DNA of 51,728 nucleotides from Sulfurovum sp. (GCA_027081395.1 JALWKQ010000081.1:1-51728), one strand, 5' to 3'. Shown: positions 9,673-19,446, numbered from the stretch's first letter. Notes: a model not told the origin generated them from the sequence alone. Numbers and translations: made by a program.

Positions 9673-11130
9673 CTATTTTTTGATCCTTTCTTTTTCCAGT
9701 TCTCCGCTTTTTAGTTTTTGCACATACTCTTTGAGTGCTTTTTTGACATTGCCCTGCAGCAGATAGAGTCCTATAATGTTGGGCAGTGCCATAGAGAGGA
9801 AGAGCAGGTCGGTCAGATCTACCAGTGGGCCGAGCTTTTCGACCAGTGATGCGAGGATGATCACAGCAAGGAAGATCAGCTTGAAGATGATACCCGATTT
9901 CGCGCCAAAGAGATAGACCCAGGCACGATCTCCGTAGTAGGACCATGAGATCATCGTAGAGAAGGCAAAGAGGGTCACAGAGAGGGTCAGAATGATGGGA
10001 AACCAGCCAATAATCGTCCCATAGGCGGCAGAGGTCAGGGCGGCACCCTGTTTGGCATCTATGATGGCATCGAGACTCTCTGTTCCCCCTGCATAGACAC
10101 CGGTGATGACAACGACCAGGGCAGTCATCGTACAGATGATTACCGTATCGATAAAAGGCTCATAGAGCGCGACCATCCCCTGTCGTACCGGGTATTTGAC
10201 TTTGGCAGGGGCATGCGCGATAGGTGCAGAGCCGATCCCAGCTTCAGAGGAGAAAGAGGCCCGCTTGAAGCCCTGGATCATCACACCTACCATTCCGCCG
10301 GCAACAGCAGTCGGAGAGAAAGCCTCTTTGATGATAAGCGCAAAGGCATCAGGGATTACTGCATAGTTGACGGCAAGGATATAGAGCGAGGCACCTACAT
10401 AGATAAAGACCATCAGCGGGACGATCCTTTCGGTGACGTTGGCGATCGATTTGACACCGCCGATGATGACAAGTCCGGTGATCACGGCAAGTGTCACACC
10501 GAAGATCCATGGCTGTTCGGCGAGTATGGGTATCTGGTTTTTGACTGCACCCAGAGACTGGGAGACCTGAAAGGCATTGCCCCCGCCCAACGCACCGCCG
10601 AGCATAAATACCGCAAAGATCAGCGCAAGCACACGCCCAAAGCGCGGCATCCCTTTCTCCTTGAGACCTTCGGAGAGGTAGCGCATCCCTCCCCCCAGCA
10701 CGGTGCCGTCGGGCAAAAAGGTACGATACTGCAAAGAGAGCGTCACTTCGGTAAACTTGAGTGTCATGTTGAAAAAGCCTGCAACGATCATCCAGAAGGT
10801 CGCACCGGCACCTCCGATCATGATCGCCACTGCCACACCGGCGATATTGCCCAGACCGACAGTGGCAGACAGAGCGGTGGTAAGTGACTGAAAGGGGGTG
10901 ATGATCCCTTTGTCTTCAGGGGTCTGCCATTTTCCCAGCATCACCTCAAACGCATGCTTGAAAAAGCGCAGATTGGGAAAGCCCATCACCACAGTGAAGT
11001 AGACGGCAGCCACTGCCAGCCAGGCTATCAGAAAGGGGATGGAGACACCATCGACCTGCCCAAAGAGGATATCGAAGAAAAGAATGTTCCCTAAAAATTC
11101 ATTGATCGATCCCAAGATTGATGATACCAT
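9673..11130 (-). CDS. alanine/glycine:cation symporter (AGCS family)
   Basis: LSATVGLGNIAGVA, GAGATFWM, FSSEAGIGSAPIAHA, PFIDTVIICTMTA, FAFSTMISWSYYG; likely start ATG 11130. Confidence 0.93.
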   Translation of the reverse strand: MVSSILGSINEFLGNILFFDILFGQVDGVSIPFLIAWLAVAAVYFTVVMGFPNLRFFKHAFEVMLGKWQTPEDKGIITPFQSLTTALSATVGLGNIAGVAVAIMIGGAGATFWMIVAGFFNMTLKFTEVTLSLQYRTFLPDGTVLGGGMRYLSEGLKEKGMPRFGRVLALIFAVFMLGGALGGGNAFQVSQSLGAVKNQIPILAEQPWIFGVTLAVITGLVIIGGVKSIANVTERIVPLMVFIYVGASLYILAVNYAVIPDAFALIIKEAFSPTAVAGGMVGVMIQGFKRASFSSEAGIGSAPIAHAPAKVKYPVRQGMVALYEPFIDTVIICTMTALVVVITGVYAGGTESLDAIIDAKQGAALTSAAYGTIIGWFPIILTLSVTLFAFSTMISWSYYGDRAWVYLFGAKSGIIFKLIFLAVIILASLVEKLGPLVDLTDLLFLSMALPNIIGLYLLQGNVKKALKEYVQKLKSGELEKERIKK

Positions 11131-11222
11131 AGTAATTTCCTTTGTTTTACAGATCAATTATTATACACATTAAGCCCTAAAAGAGCCTATAGCATCTTTT
11201 TTTACTTTTTTATCCATTTCTA

Positions 11223-11251
11223 TTGACATTTAAAATCCTTTTGACTATAAT
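11223..11251 (+). promoter_or_regulatory. consensus sigma70 promoter of the tRNA operon
   Basis: TTGACA (11223-11228), 17-nt spacer, TATAAT (11246-11251). Confidence 0.85.
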
Positions 11252-11273
11252 TGCAGTCCTTTTTCATAGGTAA

Positions 11274-11350
11274 CGGAGTGTAGCGCAGTCTGGTAGCGCA
11301 CCTGGTTTGGGACCAGGGGGTCGAAGGTTCGAGTCCTTTCACTCCGACCA
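11274..11350 (+). tRNA. tRNA-Pro(TGG)
   Basis: Cloverleaf; anticodon arm CCTGG-TTTGGGA-CCAGG; GGTTCGAGTCC; CCA end. Confidence 0.97.
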
Positions 11351-11463
11351 TTTAGATATTTAACTTATAATAATTTGATAACCAAAGATTTTAGACACTT
11401 TGTCGCTTACATCAGAGACAACCTCCCAAAGTTGTTGTGTGTAGCTTCTGTTTAAAAGTAGAT

Positions 11464-11540
11464 GGTAGGCGTAGTTCAGTTGGTAGAGCACCTGTTTGTG
11501 GCACAGGTTGTCGCGGGTTCGAGTCCCGTCGCCTACCCCA
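11464..11540 (+). tRNA. tRNA-His(GTG)
   Basis: Anticodon arm CCTGT-TTGTGGC-ACAGG; encoded G-1 pairing with C73; CCA end. Confidence 0.97.
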
Positions 11541-11570
11541 TTAATGAGGTTATAACCCAGTCCTTTTGAA

Positions 11571-11647
11571 GCGCTAGTAGCTCAATTGGATAGAGCATCA
11601 GACTTCGGATCTGAGGGTTAGGGGTTCAAGTCCTCTCTAGCGTACCA
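11571..11647 (+). tRNA. tRNA-Arg(TCG)
   Basis: Anticodon arm TCAGA-CTTCGGA-TCTGA; CCA end. Confidence 0.96.
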
Positions 11648-11679
11648 TCCAACAGACGGACTGACAAATTATTATAGAT

Positions 11680-11756
11680 GCACTCGTAGCTCAGCTGGAT
11701 AGAGCACCCGCCTTCTAAGCGGGCGGTCTCAGGTTCGAATCCTGACGGGTGTACCA
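11680..11756 (+). tRNA. tRNA-Arg(TCT)
   Basis: Anticodon arm CCCGC-CTTCTAA-GCGGG; CCA end. Confidence 0.96.
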
Positions 11757-11786
11757 CCCTTGTTTTTTCTTCAACAAGATCATTTT

Positions 11787-11871
11787 GCGGATGTGGTGGA
11801 ATTGGTAGACACGCCAGACTTAGGATCTGGTGCCTAACGGTGTGGAGGTTCGAGTCCTCTCATCCGCACCA
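11787..11871 (+). tRNA. tRNA-Leu(TAG)
   Basis: Anticodon arm CCAGA-CTTAGGA-TCTGG; long variable arm; CCA end. Confidence 0.97.
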
Positions 11872-11995
11872 CTTATTCACATATTAACCTTTCGATAATC
11901 TCTCTTTCACGCTATTTTGCAACTTATGTACCTTTCATACATCATACATTTCTGTTACAATTGGCTATATCAATTACAACAAAAAAGGATAGCCA

Positions 11996-12490
11996 ATGGA
12001 CAAAGCACTTGACAATGTACAAAGCTCTATAGAAAAGTTTATGAAGAAGATGGATGAAGCGGAGAAGAAGATCTCGCAGATCGAAGAGAAGCTGCAGGCA
12101 GTACGCAAAGAGCTGGAGCCTCTAGAGGTAGAGATACTTGAAATTTCAAGCAAACTCAGAGAGACTGAGCATGCCCTGCACCAAAAGCTCAATAAAGTCA
12201 AGAGAGTACGCAAACTATATCTCAATGCAAAAACTGATCGACAGTTGAAGATGTATGAAAAAGATTATAATCAGTTGATGAAAGAGGTGCACAAACTCGA
12301 CAAAGAGTATGCAGAACTCAAAGAGAAGTACCAGAAGCTCGTAGAGAAAGAGGAGAAGCTGCTCAAAAAAGAGATGGAACTCGAAGAGAAAAAAGCGGAA
12401 CTCTACCATGAGCGTGAAAAGCTGATGAAGCACGCAGAGCAGATCATGGGAAGACTCAGCTCCAAGATCAACCGTACAAGAAACCGCTAA
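11996..12490 (+). CDS. hypothetical all-helical coiled-coil protein
   Basis: AAGGA SD; E/K/L heptad pattern throughout; followed by hairpin ATACGGT-TTAT-ACCGTAT (12500-12517). Confidence 0.8.
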   Translation: MDKALDNVQSSIEKFMKKMDEAEKKISQIEEKLQAVRKELEPLEVEILEISSKLRETEHALHQKLNKVKRVRKLYLNAKTDRQLKMYEKDYNQLMKEVHKLDKEYAELKEKYQKLVEKEEKLLKKEMELEEKKAELYHEREKLMKHAEQIMGRLSSKINRTRNR

Positions 12491-12527
12491 TCTGCCTCTA
12501 TACGGTTTATACCGTATGGTTTCTCTT

Positions 12528-12798
12528 ATTACCACACCAAGTAAATACCTCAAACTTTGAGAGAACGAGACGAGGCAAGATGTGCGTGAAAAAATCTAAA
12601 GGACTACCCGTAGGTAATTCAAAGATTTTTTTTGCGTGCAGGTTGTCTCGTATCGTTCTCCCCGAAGGGTGCAGCACTTTCGCCCATACTCGGCGTTAGA
12701 TTTTCCTGAATTCGCTTTGGCGAGTCCTGCGAAAATCTGCCTTGATTATGAACGAAATTGTTGCATCAAAGATTGAGGTATTTACTTGGTGCGGTAAT
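12528..12798. mobile_element. MITE-like element with ~33-bp terminal inverted repeats
   Basis: Left ATTACCACACCAAGTAAATACCTCAAACTTTGA; right TCAAAGATTGAGGTATTTACTTGGTGCGGTAAT (2 mismatches); two long internal hairpins; no credible ORF. Confidence 0.8.
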
Positions 12799-12864
12799 TA
12801 TAATCATTTCTTTTAACAAACAATAGTATAATGAATGCAAGAACATATCTGCAGGGAAAAAAGT

Positions 12865-13278
12865 ATGGACAGAAGTTTATTTATTTTTATCTTGATTGGT
12901 GTCGGTTTTTTGTACTTCATTACCAATTTTGTAGGGGATATCCAGGAAGAGGATGACCGTTATCAGAATACAGAGTATAAGATGGAGCATAAGTTTGATA
13001 AGTACTATACTACAGACAGTATAGGTCAGCAGATCCTTGATTTGACAGATGCTCCACCTGCCGTGCAGGTAGAAGCATGGAATACAAGCCCCCTAAAAGA
13101 GGAGTTTCTTACACTCTATCCCGATTTCTCAGAGATGAAAAACTATGTCAAAGATAGGGTAAGGGGAGAGTATATCACCCAAAAACTGCTTGCTCATATC
13201 GGTGATGTAGAGGATAAGTTCTTCTCCGGAAAGATTGACTCAGAGCAGGCCAAGCGGATGCTTGGCACACTCCGCTAA
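12865..13278 (+). CDS. hypothetical protein with N-terminal membrane anchor
   Basis: MDRSLFIFILIGVGFLYFITNFVG then a soluble domain; ATG 12865 preferred over 12835. Confidence 0.75.
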   Translation: MDRSLFIFILIGVGFLYFITNFVGDIQEEDDRYQNTEYKMEHKFDKYYTTDSIGQQILDLTDAPPAVQVEAWNTSPLKEEFLTLYPDFSEMKNYVKDRVRGEYITQKLLAHIGDVEDKFFSGKIDSEQAKRMLGTLR

Positions 13279-13988
13279 GAGCGGCACGGATCGGACATAT
13301 TGTTCGGATCGGCATAGAGATAGACCTCTACACGTCTGTTGAGTGCACGGTTTTCAGGGCTGTCGTTTGGTGCGAGTGGCTTGTTGTATGAGCACCCTTT
13401 GATCCTCGGGTATCCGTTGACTGCCAAGAGGTTGGCAACGGTTCTGGCTCTTGCTTCTGAAAGTCTCTGGTTATAGGCGTAGCTTCCTCTGTTGTCCGTA
13501 AACCCTGCGACACCAACGATGGTCTGCGGATACTGTCTCAATACCTGTGCGAGTTTCTGTACTTTATATCTGGCACTTGGGCGCAGCTTGGATGAGCCGG
13601 TAGCGAACATCATATTGTCCCTAAAGAGGATTTTGACATAGTTTGGATGCTTGGTGACGATGATGTCACGGCGGGGATCTACGGCAGCCAGCGGATCGGT
13701 ACTGACCCCGGTACCCAATGCACGTGCTACTTCATTCGCCTGTTTGTCCAGCAGATAGCCTGCGCCACCGCCGAGTGCCGCTCCTGCGAGTGCACCGAGT
13801 GCGGCACGTCTGTTTTTGTGATGGCCTTTGGTATTGTATCCGATCACAGCACCGGTTATGGCGCCCAGAACAGCACCGGTTTTGGTTCTGTTATAGCTGT
13901 CGTCCTCTACCAGACCCGGCTGGTTGTAACAACCGGCCAGGATAAATGCCGTGACCGAAGCTGCGATGATTGATTTGTTGAACTTCAT
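13275..13988 (-). CDS. OmpA-family lipoprotein with glycine zipper (YiaD-like)
   Basis: Lipobox LAGC; GAVLGAITGAVIG; GFTDNRGSYAYNQRLSEARA; NRRVEV. Confidence 0.9.
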   Translation of the reverse strand: MKFNKSIIAASVTAFILAGCYNQPGLVEDDSYNRTKTGAVLGAITGAVIGYNTKGHHKNRRAALGALAGAALGGGAGYLLDKQANEVARALGTGVSTDPLAAVDPRRDIIVTKHPNYVKILFRDNMMFATGSSKLRPSARYKVQKLAQVLRQYPQTIVGVAGFTDNRGSYAYNQRLSEARARTVANLLAVNGYPRIKGCSYNKPLAPNDSPENRALNRRVEVYLYADPNNMSDPCRS

Positions 13989-14012
13989 TGTTTCTCCTTT
14001 GATGTATATAGG

Positions 14013-14291
14013 TTATTGCCAACCGCCGTCTTGTACCGGCTTTGGATTGGAGTTGTCTACCGCTTGACCGATTGCTCCGCCTGCCACTGCGCCTGCAAGG
14101 GCACCCAGAGCGATATTGGTACCGCTTCCGTTACCGACATTTCCCCCGATCACCGCACCGCTGACCGCACCGATAGCGGCACCTTTTTGCACTGTAGGGT
14201 TATTGAGTGTCTCTTGATTGACACAGCCGCCGAGCAGGGCGATACCTGCAACCGAGGCGAGAAAAATGTTTATGATATCTCTTTTCATCAT
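14013..14291 (-). CDS. glycine-zipper lipoprotein
   Basis: Lipobox LGGC; GAAIGAVSGAVIGG...GALAGAVAGGAIG. Confidence 0.85.
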   Translation of the reverse strand: MMKRDIINIFLASVAGIALLGGCVNQETLNNPTVQKGAAIGAVSGAVIGGNVGNGSGTNIALGALAGAVAGGAIGQAVDNSNPKPVQDGGWQ

Positions 14292-14385
14292 CCATCCTTT
14301 ATAGGTTTATTTGTATCCATTATAACACAGAATTGTGAAGCGATTATGAACTTTTGAAAGAAGGTATCTCTCTAAGAGTACTTTT

Positions 14386-15591
14386 CTATGGCTGTTTCCC
14401 TGTATCGGACTTTTGTGTATCGATGATCTTTTCGTGCCACTCATAGAGTGTCTTCTCAAAACCGATCTTCTGCGTATGATAGAGTTGAAGCGGGGCAGCG
14501 AGATATTGCTGCGCAACCCATCCTCCGTGATCATGGGGATAGAGGTAGGTTTTGGCATGGGTTTTGATATGGGAGGGGATAGGGTGTATCTCTCCGGCTT
14601 TGATGCGTTTCTGGGCTTTGTTGATCGCTTTGTAGGCACTGTTGGATTTTGGGGAGGATGCCAGATAGATCACCAGTTGAGAGAGGGTGATCCGTGCTTC
14701 AGGATAGCCTATATGCTTGACGATATTGAGTGTGGAGCTGGCGAGATTGAGCGCATGGGGGTTGGCATTGCCTATATCTTCGCTTGCAAGGATCGCTAGC
14801 CGCCTGGCGATAAACTCCGCAGGCTCACCTCCCTCTATGAGGCGTGCAAGATAGTAGAGCCCCGCATCGATATCGGAACCACGGATACTCTTGATCATCG
14901 CAGAGGTAAGTTCGTAGTGGCTCTCATCTTCGCTGCTGCCTGCCTGCATGGCATGGGGTCTTAGCTGTTTGAGTCTCTGCAGTGTGACAGGTGTACCGAG
15001 CGCGACTGCACTCTCAAGCAGATTGAGCATAGCACGTATGTCACCGCCGCTTGAAAGTATCAGATAGGACTTGGCATCTTCCTCAGCGGTTATCTTCTCC
15101 TGCAGGAGTATCTTCTCCAGATAGCTGCGCATTGCTTTGGCATCGACAGGGTGGAGCTCAAAGAGGTGAGAGCGGGAGCGCATGGCGGCAGTCAGGGAGT
15201 AGTAGGGGTTTTCGGTCGATGCACCGATGATCAGTGCATCATTGCGCTCCATATAGGGCAGCAGCACCTCCTGCTGGTTTTTGCTCAGCCTGTGCACCTC
15301 ATCGATAAAGATGAGAGGTTTCTGCAGGGCATTGCTATACTCATTGAGCACTTTTCTAAGTGCATCGATCTTGAGTGTGGTGGCATTCATCTCATAGAAA
15401 GGTCTATCCAGTGTAGAGGCGATGATGCGTGCCAGTGTGGTTTTGCCGCAGCCCGGTGGGCCATAGAGGAAGCTATGGGGGAGTTTTTCTGCCTTTAGCA
15501 GCCCGCTCAAGATACCTGAAGAGCCGAGCAGGTGCTCATGCCCGACCATCTCTTCAATGGATTTTGGGCGGTATTTGAGTGCCAGATTCAT
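14386..15591 (-). CDS. rarA: replication-associated recombination protein A (RarA/MgsA)
   Basis: LALKYRPKS, GPPGCGKTT, FIDEVHR, GASTENP, SAMIKSIRGSD, ASEDIGNA, SPKSNS, YLYPHD. Confidence 0.95.
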   Translation of the reverse strand: MNLALKYRPKSIEEMVGHEHLLGSSGILSGLLKAEKLPHSFLYGPPGCGKTTLARIIASTLDRPFYEMNATTLKIDALRKVLNEYSNALQKPLIFIDEVHRLSKNQQEVLLPYMERNDALIIGASTENPYYSLTAAMRSRSHLFELHPVDAKAMRSYLEKILLQEKITAEEDAKSYLILSSGGDIRAMLNLLESAVALGTPVTLQRLKQLRPHAMQAGSSEDESHYELTSAMIKSIRGSDIDAGLYYLARLIEGGEPAEFIARRLAILASEDIGNANPHALNLASSTLNIVKHIGYPEARITLSQLVIYLASSPKSNSAYKAINKAQKRIKAGEIHPIPSHIKTHAKTYLYPHDHGGWVAQQYLAAPLQLYHTQKIGFEKTLYEWHEKIIDTQKSDTGKQP

Positions 15592-16439
15592 GAGGTCGGT
15601 TTTTTCTTTTTGATCTCTTGATCCGTTTGCTCGGCAAGCTGCTTGGCACGGTTCTCCTCACTCTTTTTGCGGGCATGCTCCTCTTGTCTTTTCTCTTTGA
15701 GAAACTTATGGAGGTCATCATACTCACGTCGTGTGAAGTAGCGCGTTTTGTTCTCAGGGAGATTGTTGAGCTCTATCCCGCCGAAAGCGACACGTTTGAG
15801 GTCAAGTACATTGGCACCGAAGTGTGCGAAAAACCGTCTCAGTTCCCTGTTTTTGCCTTCATTGATCGTGACACGAAGCTTGGTAAAGTTCTTTCCCTCA
15901 CCGCGGATCGCCATATCGACAAACGGGGCAAACTCCATGCGCTCTATCTTGCTCTTCTCATGGGCACCGGCACGGGCATCTTCAAGCACGAGCCCCTCCC
16001 GCATCGCATCGATCATCTCCTGCGTCAGCGGTTTGTCGATCTTGAGGTTGTAAGTACGGTCGAGTTTGCTCTCCATGAGTGCTGTAGCGACCTCTACATT
16101 GTCTGTCAGGATCAAAAGTCCCTCTGAAGCATAGTCGAGCCTGCCTACAGGGATAAAGTGTCTAAATTTGCCCGGGAGCTTGTGGTAGATGGTCGTTCTG
16201 CCCCTGTCATCCTTTTTTGTGACCAGTACCCCTTTGGGTTTGTTGTAGACGATGGCTGTAATCTCTTTTTTCTCTTTGACCGGTTTGCCCTTGACGGTCA
16301 CGAGGTCTCCGGGCTGTACTTCATAGCCGAACTCACGCATAGGCTGCTTGTTGACTTTGACCTCACCCTCTTCGATAAGTTTGTCGGCTTCCCGTCGTGA
16401 ATATTTGCTGTTGTGTGATATAAATTTGTTTAGTCTCAT
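15588..16439 (-). CDS. RsuA/RluB-family rRNA pseudouridine synthase
   Basis: S4 domain MRLNKFIS..SRREAD; YNKPKG; VGRLDYASEGLLILT; EGKNRELRR. Confidence 0.92.
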   Translation of the reverse strand: MRLNKFISHNSKYSRREADKLIEEGEVKVNKQPMREFGYEVQPGDLVTVKGKPVKEKKEITAIVYNKPKGVLVTKKDDRGRTTIYHKLPGKFRHFIPVGRLDYASEGLLILTDNVEVATALMESKLDRTYNLKIDKPLTQEMIDAMREGLVLEDARAGAHEKSKIERMEFAPFVDMAIRGEGKNFTKLRVTINEGKNRELRRFFAHFGANVLDLKRVAFGGIELNNLPENKTRYFTRREYDDLHKFLKEKRQEEHARKKSEENRAKQLAEQTDQEIKKKKPTS

Positions 16440-16461
16440 CTCTTTGTACCTTTGGGTATAG

Positions 16462-17427
16462 TCATCGTTTTATGCCGGCATTGACCAGATCGTGTATATG
16501 TAAAATACCGATGATACGGTCATCATCATCTACCAATGGCAGAAGCTGAATGCGGTTGTTCTCCAAAATCTCCAGAGCTTCACTTGCAAGGAGTTCTGTA
16601 TTGCGGTAGCGTTTGGGCTCTTTGCTTGCATATCTGATCGCAGGGTGATCCATATCGAACGACTCTTGCATCAATGCACGTCTGAGATCCCCGTCAGTGA
16701 GCAGGGCAGCCAGACGACCCTCTTTGTCAGTAAGCAGCACACTGCCCAGCTTGCCTTCGCTCATGATCACGACAGCATCCTTCAGCGGTGTTGTCTCATC
16801 GGCTACAGGCAGATTCTCTGTGCGCATCAGGTCTTTGACTTTGACAAAGAGTTTTTTGCCGAGGCTGCCTCCCGGATGAAATGAGGCAAAATCCTCTTTT
16901 TTGAAGCCACGCTTTTGCATCAGTGCAACAGCCAGCGCATCCCCCAGTGCCATGGTCAGCGTCGTAGAGGTCGTAGGAGCAACACCCAGCGGGCATGCTT
17001 CGCGCTCTACTGAGATATCAAGCCAGACATCGGCATAGCGTCCCAGTGACGAATTGGGATTGCCTGTCATGCCTATGAGAGGAATCTCAAAGCGTTTGAT
17101 ATGCGGCAGGATCTTGGTCAGCTCTTCACTCTCCCCGCTGCTGCTGATGGCAAGAAGGGTATCCTCTTTGCCGATCATGCCCAGATCTCCGTGAAGCGCC
17201 TCGGTAGGGTGGAGGAAAAAACTCGACGTACCGGTACTGGCGAATGTCGCTGCCATCTTTGCACCGACAAGCCCCGATTTGCCCACACCGGTGATGATCA
17301 GCTTGCCTTTGGTTTGCAGGATGGTATCAACGGCATCGAGAAAGTTGGTATCGAGACGTTTCGCTGCTTTCTTGAGGGCATCCGCTTCGATTTGCAGTGT
17401 CTCTTGTGCAATTTCTATTAGATTCAT
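16462..17427 (-). CDS. kdsD: arabinose-5-phosphate isomerase (KpsF/GutQ, SIS + CBS)
   Basis: TGVGKSG, FASTGT, HPTEALHGDLG, EACPLGVAPTTST, FHPGGSLG, C-terminal CBS pair. Confidence 0.92.
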   Translation of the reverse strand: MNLIEIAQETLQIEADALKKAAKRLDTNFLDAVDTILQTKGKLIITGVGKSGLVGAKMAATFASTGTSSFFLHPTEALHGDLGMIGKEDTLLAISSSGESEELTKILPHIKRFEIPLIGMTGNPNSSLGRYADVWLDISVEREACPLGVAPTTSTTLTMALGDALAVALMQKRGFKKEDFASFHPGGSLGKKLFVKVKDLMRTENLPVADETTPLKDAVVIMSEGKLGSVLLTDKEGRLAALLTDGDLRRALMQESFDMDHPAIRYASKEPKRYRNTELLASEALEILENNRIQLLPLVDDDDRIIGILHIHDLVNAGIKR

Positions 17428-17530
17428 TACGATTTGCTTTATATTAGAATTTTAGTGAGAAATTATAGCATAATTGGAGGAATTGGCGTAATTGTAAACA
17501 GAGGCATGGATCTACCTCTGTCGTCTCATC

Positions 17531-18025
17531 TTAGGATTGTTTGCTTGTAGAGACCTCTCCGGCATCGACACGTTTGGAAAACTCTGTCTCTTCACCTGCG
17601 GCAAGCGCTTTTGCCTGCTCTACCCAGTTTTCACGTTTGACACGCCCCGGGAAAGCTACGTTGGCATCGACCCATTTGATATTCTCTTCGGTCCAGTTGG
17701 CGATCTGGTCAAAATGGTAGATACCTTGATTGTTAAGGGTCTCTTCAATCTTGACACCGATCCCTTTGATGCGGGTAAGGTTGTCTTTTTCTCCATCTCG
17801 GGGTTCGGAAAGGAGCAGGGGTGCGGTGCCCGTTGCCTCGGCAGAGGAGCCCTCTGCGTCCGAACTCTCTTCAGTGGTGCACTCTGAGGACTCTCCATGG
17901 CTGTCGTCCGATCCGCACTGGATATCGTCCGAACAGCTGCTTCTTCCGAAAAGGTATCCGATAATAAAGCCCAGGAGGGCAGCCAGCAGTAGACACAGGA
18001 TCATTTGTGAAGCGATTTCTAACAT
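17531..18025 (-). CDS. membrane-anchored protein with C-terminal HhH-like (COG3743-type) domain
   Basis: N-terminal TM; acidic linker; DNLTRIKGIGVKIE..LN..GIYHFDQIANW...RENWVEQAK. Confidence 0.75.
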   Translation of the reverse strand: MLEIASQMILCLLLAALLGFIIGYLFGRSSCSDDIQCGSDDSHGESSECTTEESSDAEGSSAEATGTAPLLLSEPRDGEKDNLTRIKGIGVKIEETLNNQGIYHFDQIANWTEENIKWVDANVAFPGRVKRENWVEQAKALAAGEETEFSKRVDAGEVSTSKQS

Positions 18026-18027
18026 AA

Positions 18028-19446
18028 TTATTCTCCTAATATATTGATTTCAACGCGGCGGTTCTTCTGTTTGTTTTCCGCACTTGTATTGAGTACGAGA
18101 GGTCTGCTCTCACCATAGCCTACGGCTTTGAGTCTTGCCGCATCGATTCCTTGCTCTACAAGAGCCTTTTTGACGCTGTCAACTCTAGCTTGGGAGAGCC
18201 TTTGGTTGAACTCTGCATTGCCGTCCGAATCGGTATGTCCGGCGATCTCGACACGGATATGCGGATACTTGTTGAGGATCTCGGCAAGTTTGTTGACCGT
18301 CTCGCGTCCTTTGGGTGTGAGTGTGCCCTTTGCGACCTCAAATTCGATGTTCTCTATTTTGAGCAGTTTGGCGATATTCTCTTTGGCGGCTTGTGCCTCT
18401 TTCTGGGCTTCTTGTGCAAGCTGGAGACGCTTTTGCTCCGTTTCTTTGGCAGCCATTTCAGCTTTGCGTGTAGCCTCTTCCGCTTCGGCAGCGGCTTTTG
18501 CTTCTGCTTCCGCTTTGAGACGTGCAGCTTCCTGTGCTTGGGCTTCCGCTTTGAGGCGTGCAGCTTTCGCAGCCTCTTCTTCAGCAGCTTTTTGAAGCAG
18601 GGCAGGGTCTACTCTGATCTGATCGACAATAGGGATCTTGCTATGTGCCAGCAGGGCTTTCATACGATCGAGTGCGGCCTGATCTTTTGCCAGTCCATTG
18701 ACGACAAAACGGTGATCATTGTACTCGATATACCCTTGGGTAAACTCTTGGGCAAAGAGAGGGAGTATATGTGCTGCCAGAGGGATCGCTCCTTCGGTAT
18801 CGATATAGGTGTTGCTGTGGGATATACGATCCAGTCGTATGCCCTGAGGGACAGTGTGAGCAAGCGTGTTTGCCTCTTGCTCATCGTGGAAGGTACCCCG
18901 CAAAGCAAGGCTGTTTCTTTGTTTGTCGATTCTGAATGAAACAGGCTCTTTGGGGAGGAGTACCACGCTATTGTCTTGTGTAAGGATGGTTGAGCGGTTA
19001 AGCATGCGTTCCATCTCGCGTTTAGCAGCATAGGAGTCTACAGTGCCGCTGACTGAGAGCTTGTTGTCATGAAACCGGATACGCCCCTCTTTGTAGTGGT
19101 TGGCAAAATGGGGGATAATCGTCTCTACTAAAACAATTACCTCTTGGGCAACCAGTGTCTGGTTTGTAGAGGTATTGCCTATCTGCAGAGGGCGTTTGGT
19201 ATGGGCAAATGCCTCTACAAGTGCTTGCTGCTGTGCAGTATCTTTGAATCGGCCGCTTAGACGGTAGGTATCGCCCTTTTGGATGATATCAAAGTCTATC
19301 GGCTGGAGATCATTCTGATGCAAGCCGGCTGCCGCAGTCGTGAGTGCAGGGGCTTTGTGTGTTGTGTGAATAGTGCCTACTTTGGTGGTGACACAAAGTA
19401 TCATCAGCAAGAGAAGCAGCCCTATCCAAGGCCAAATCTTTTTCAT
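18028..19446 (-). CDS. BON-like repeat + OmpA-C domain protein (ArfA-like)
   Basis: N-terminal TM; repeated LSG/VSG/LRG/VNG strand-helix units; Ala/Glu/Lys linker; NIEFE..IAGHTDSDGNAEFNQRLSQARV..GYGESRP..NRRVEI. Confidence 0.85.
   Translation of the reverse strand: MKKIWPWIGLLLLLMILCVTTKVGTIHTTHKAPALTTAAAGLHQNDLQPIDFDIIQKGDTYRLSGRFKDTAQQQALVEAFAHTKRPLQIGNTSTNQTLVAQEVIVLVETIIPHFANHYKEGRIRFHDNKLSVSGTVDSYAAKREMERMLNRSTILTQDNSVVLLPKEPVSFRIDKQRNSLALRGTFHDEQEANTLAHTVPQGIRLDRISHSNTYIDTEGAIPLAAHILPLFAQEFTQGYIEYNDHRFVVNGLAKDQAALDRMKALLAHSKIPIVDQIRVDPALLQKAAEEEAAKAARLKAEAQAQEAARLKAEAEAKAAAEAEEATRKAEMAAKETEQKRLQLAQEAQKEAQAAKENIAKLLKIENIEFEVAKGTLTPKGRETVNKLAEILNKYPHIRVEIAGHTDSDGNAEFNQRLSQARVDSVKKALVEQGIDAARLKAVGYGESRPLVLNTSAENKQKNRRVEINILGE

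Noticed and set aside
11571-11647. tRNA-Arg with UCG rather than ACG anticodon as an anomaly
   Set aside because: Expected for Campylobacterota; supports the taxonomic guess rather than novelty.
11787-12800. tRNA-Leu as integration site of an island
   Set aside because: No duplicated tRNA 3' end and no integrase seen in the window.
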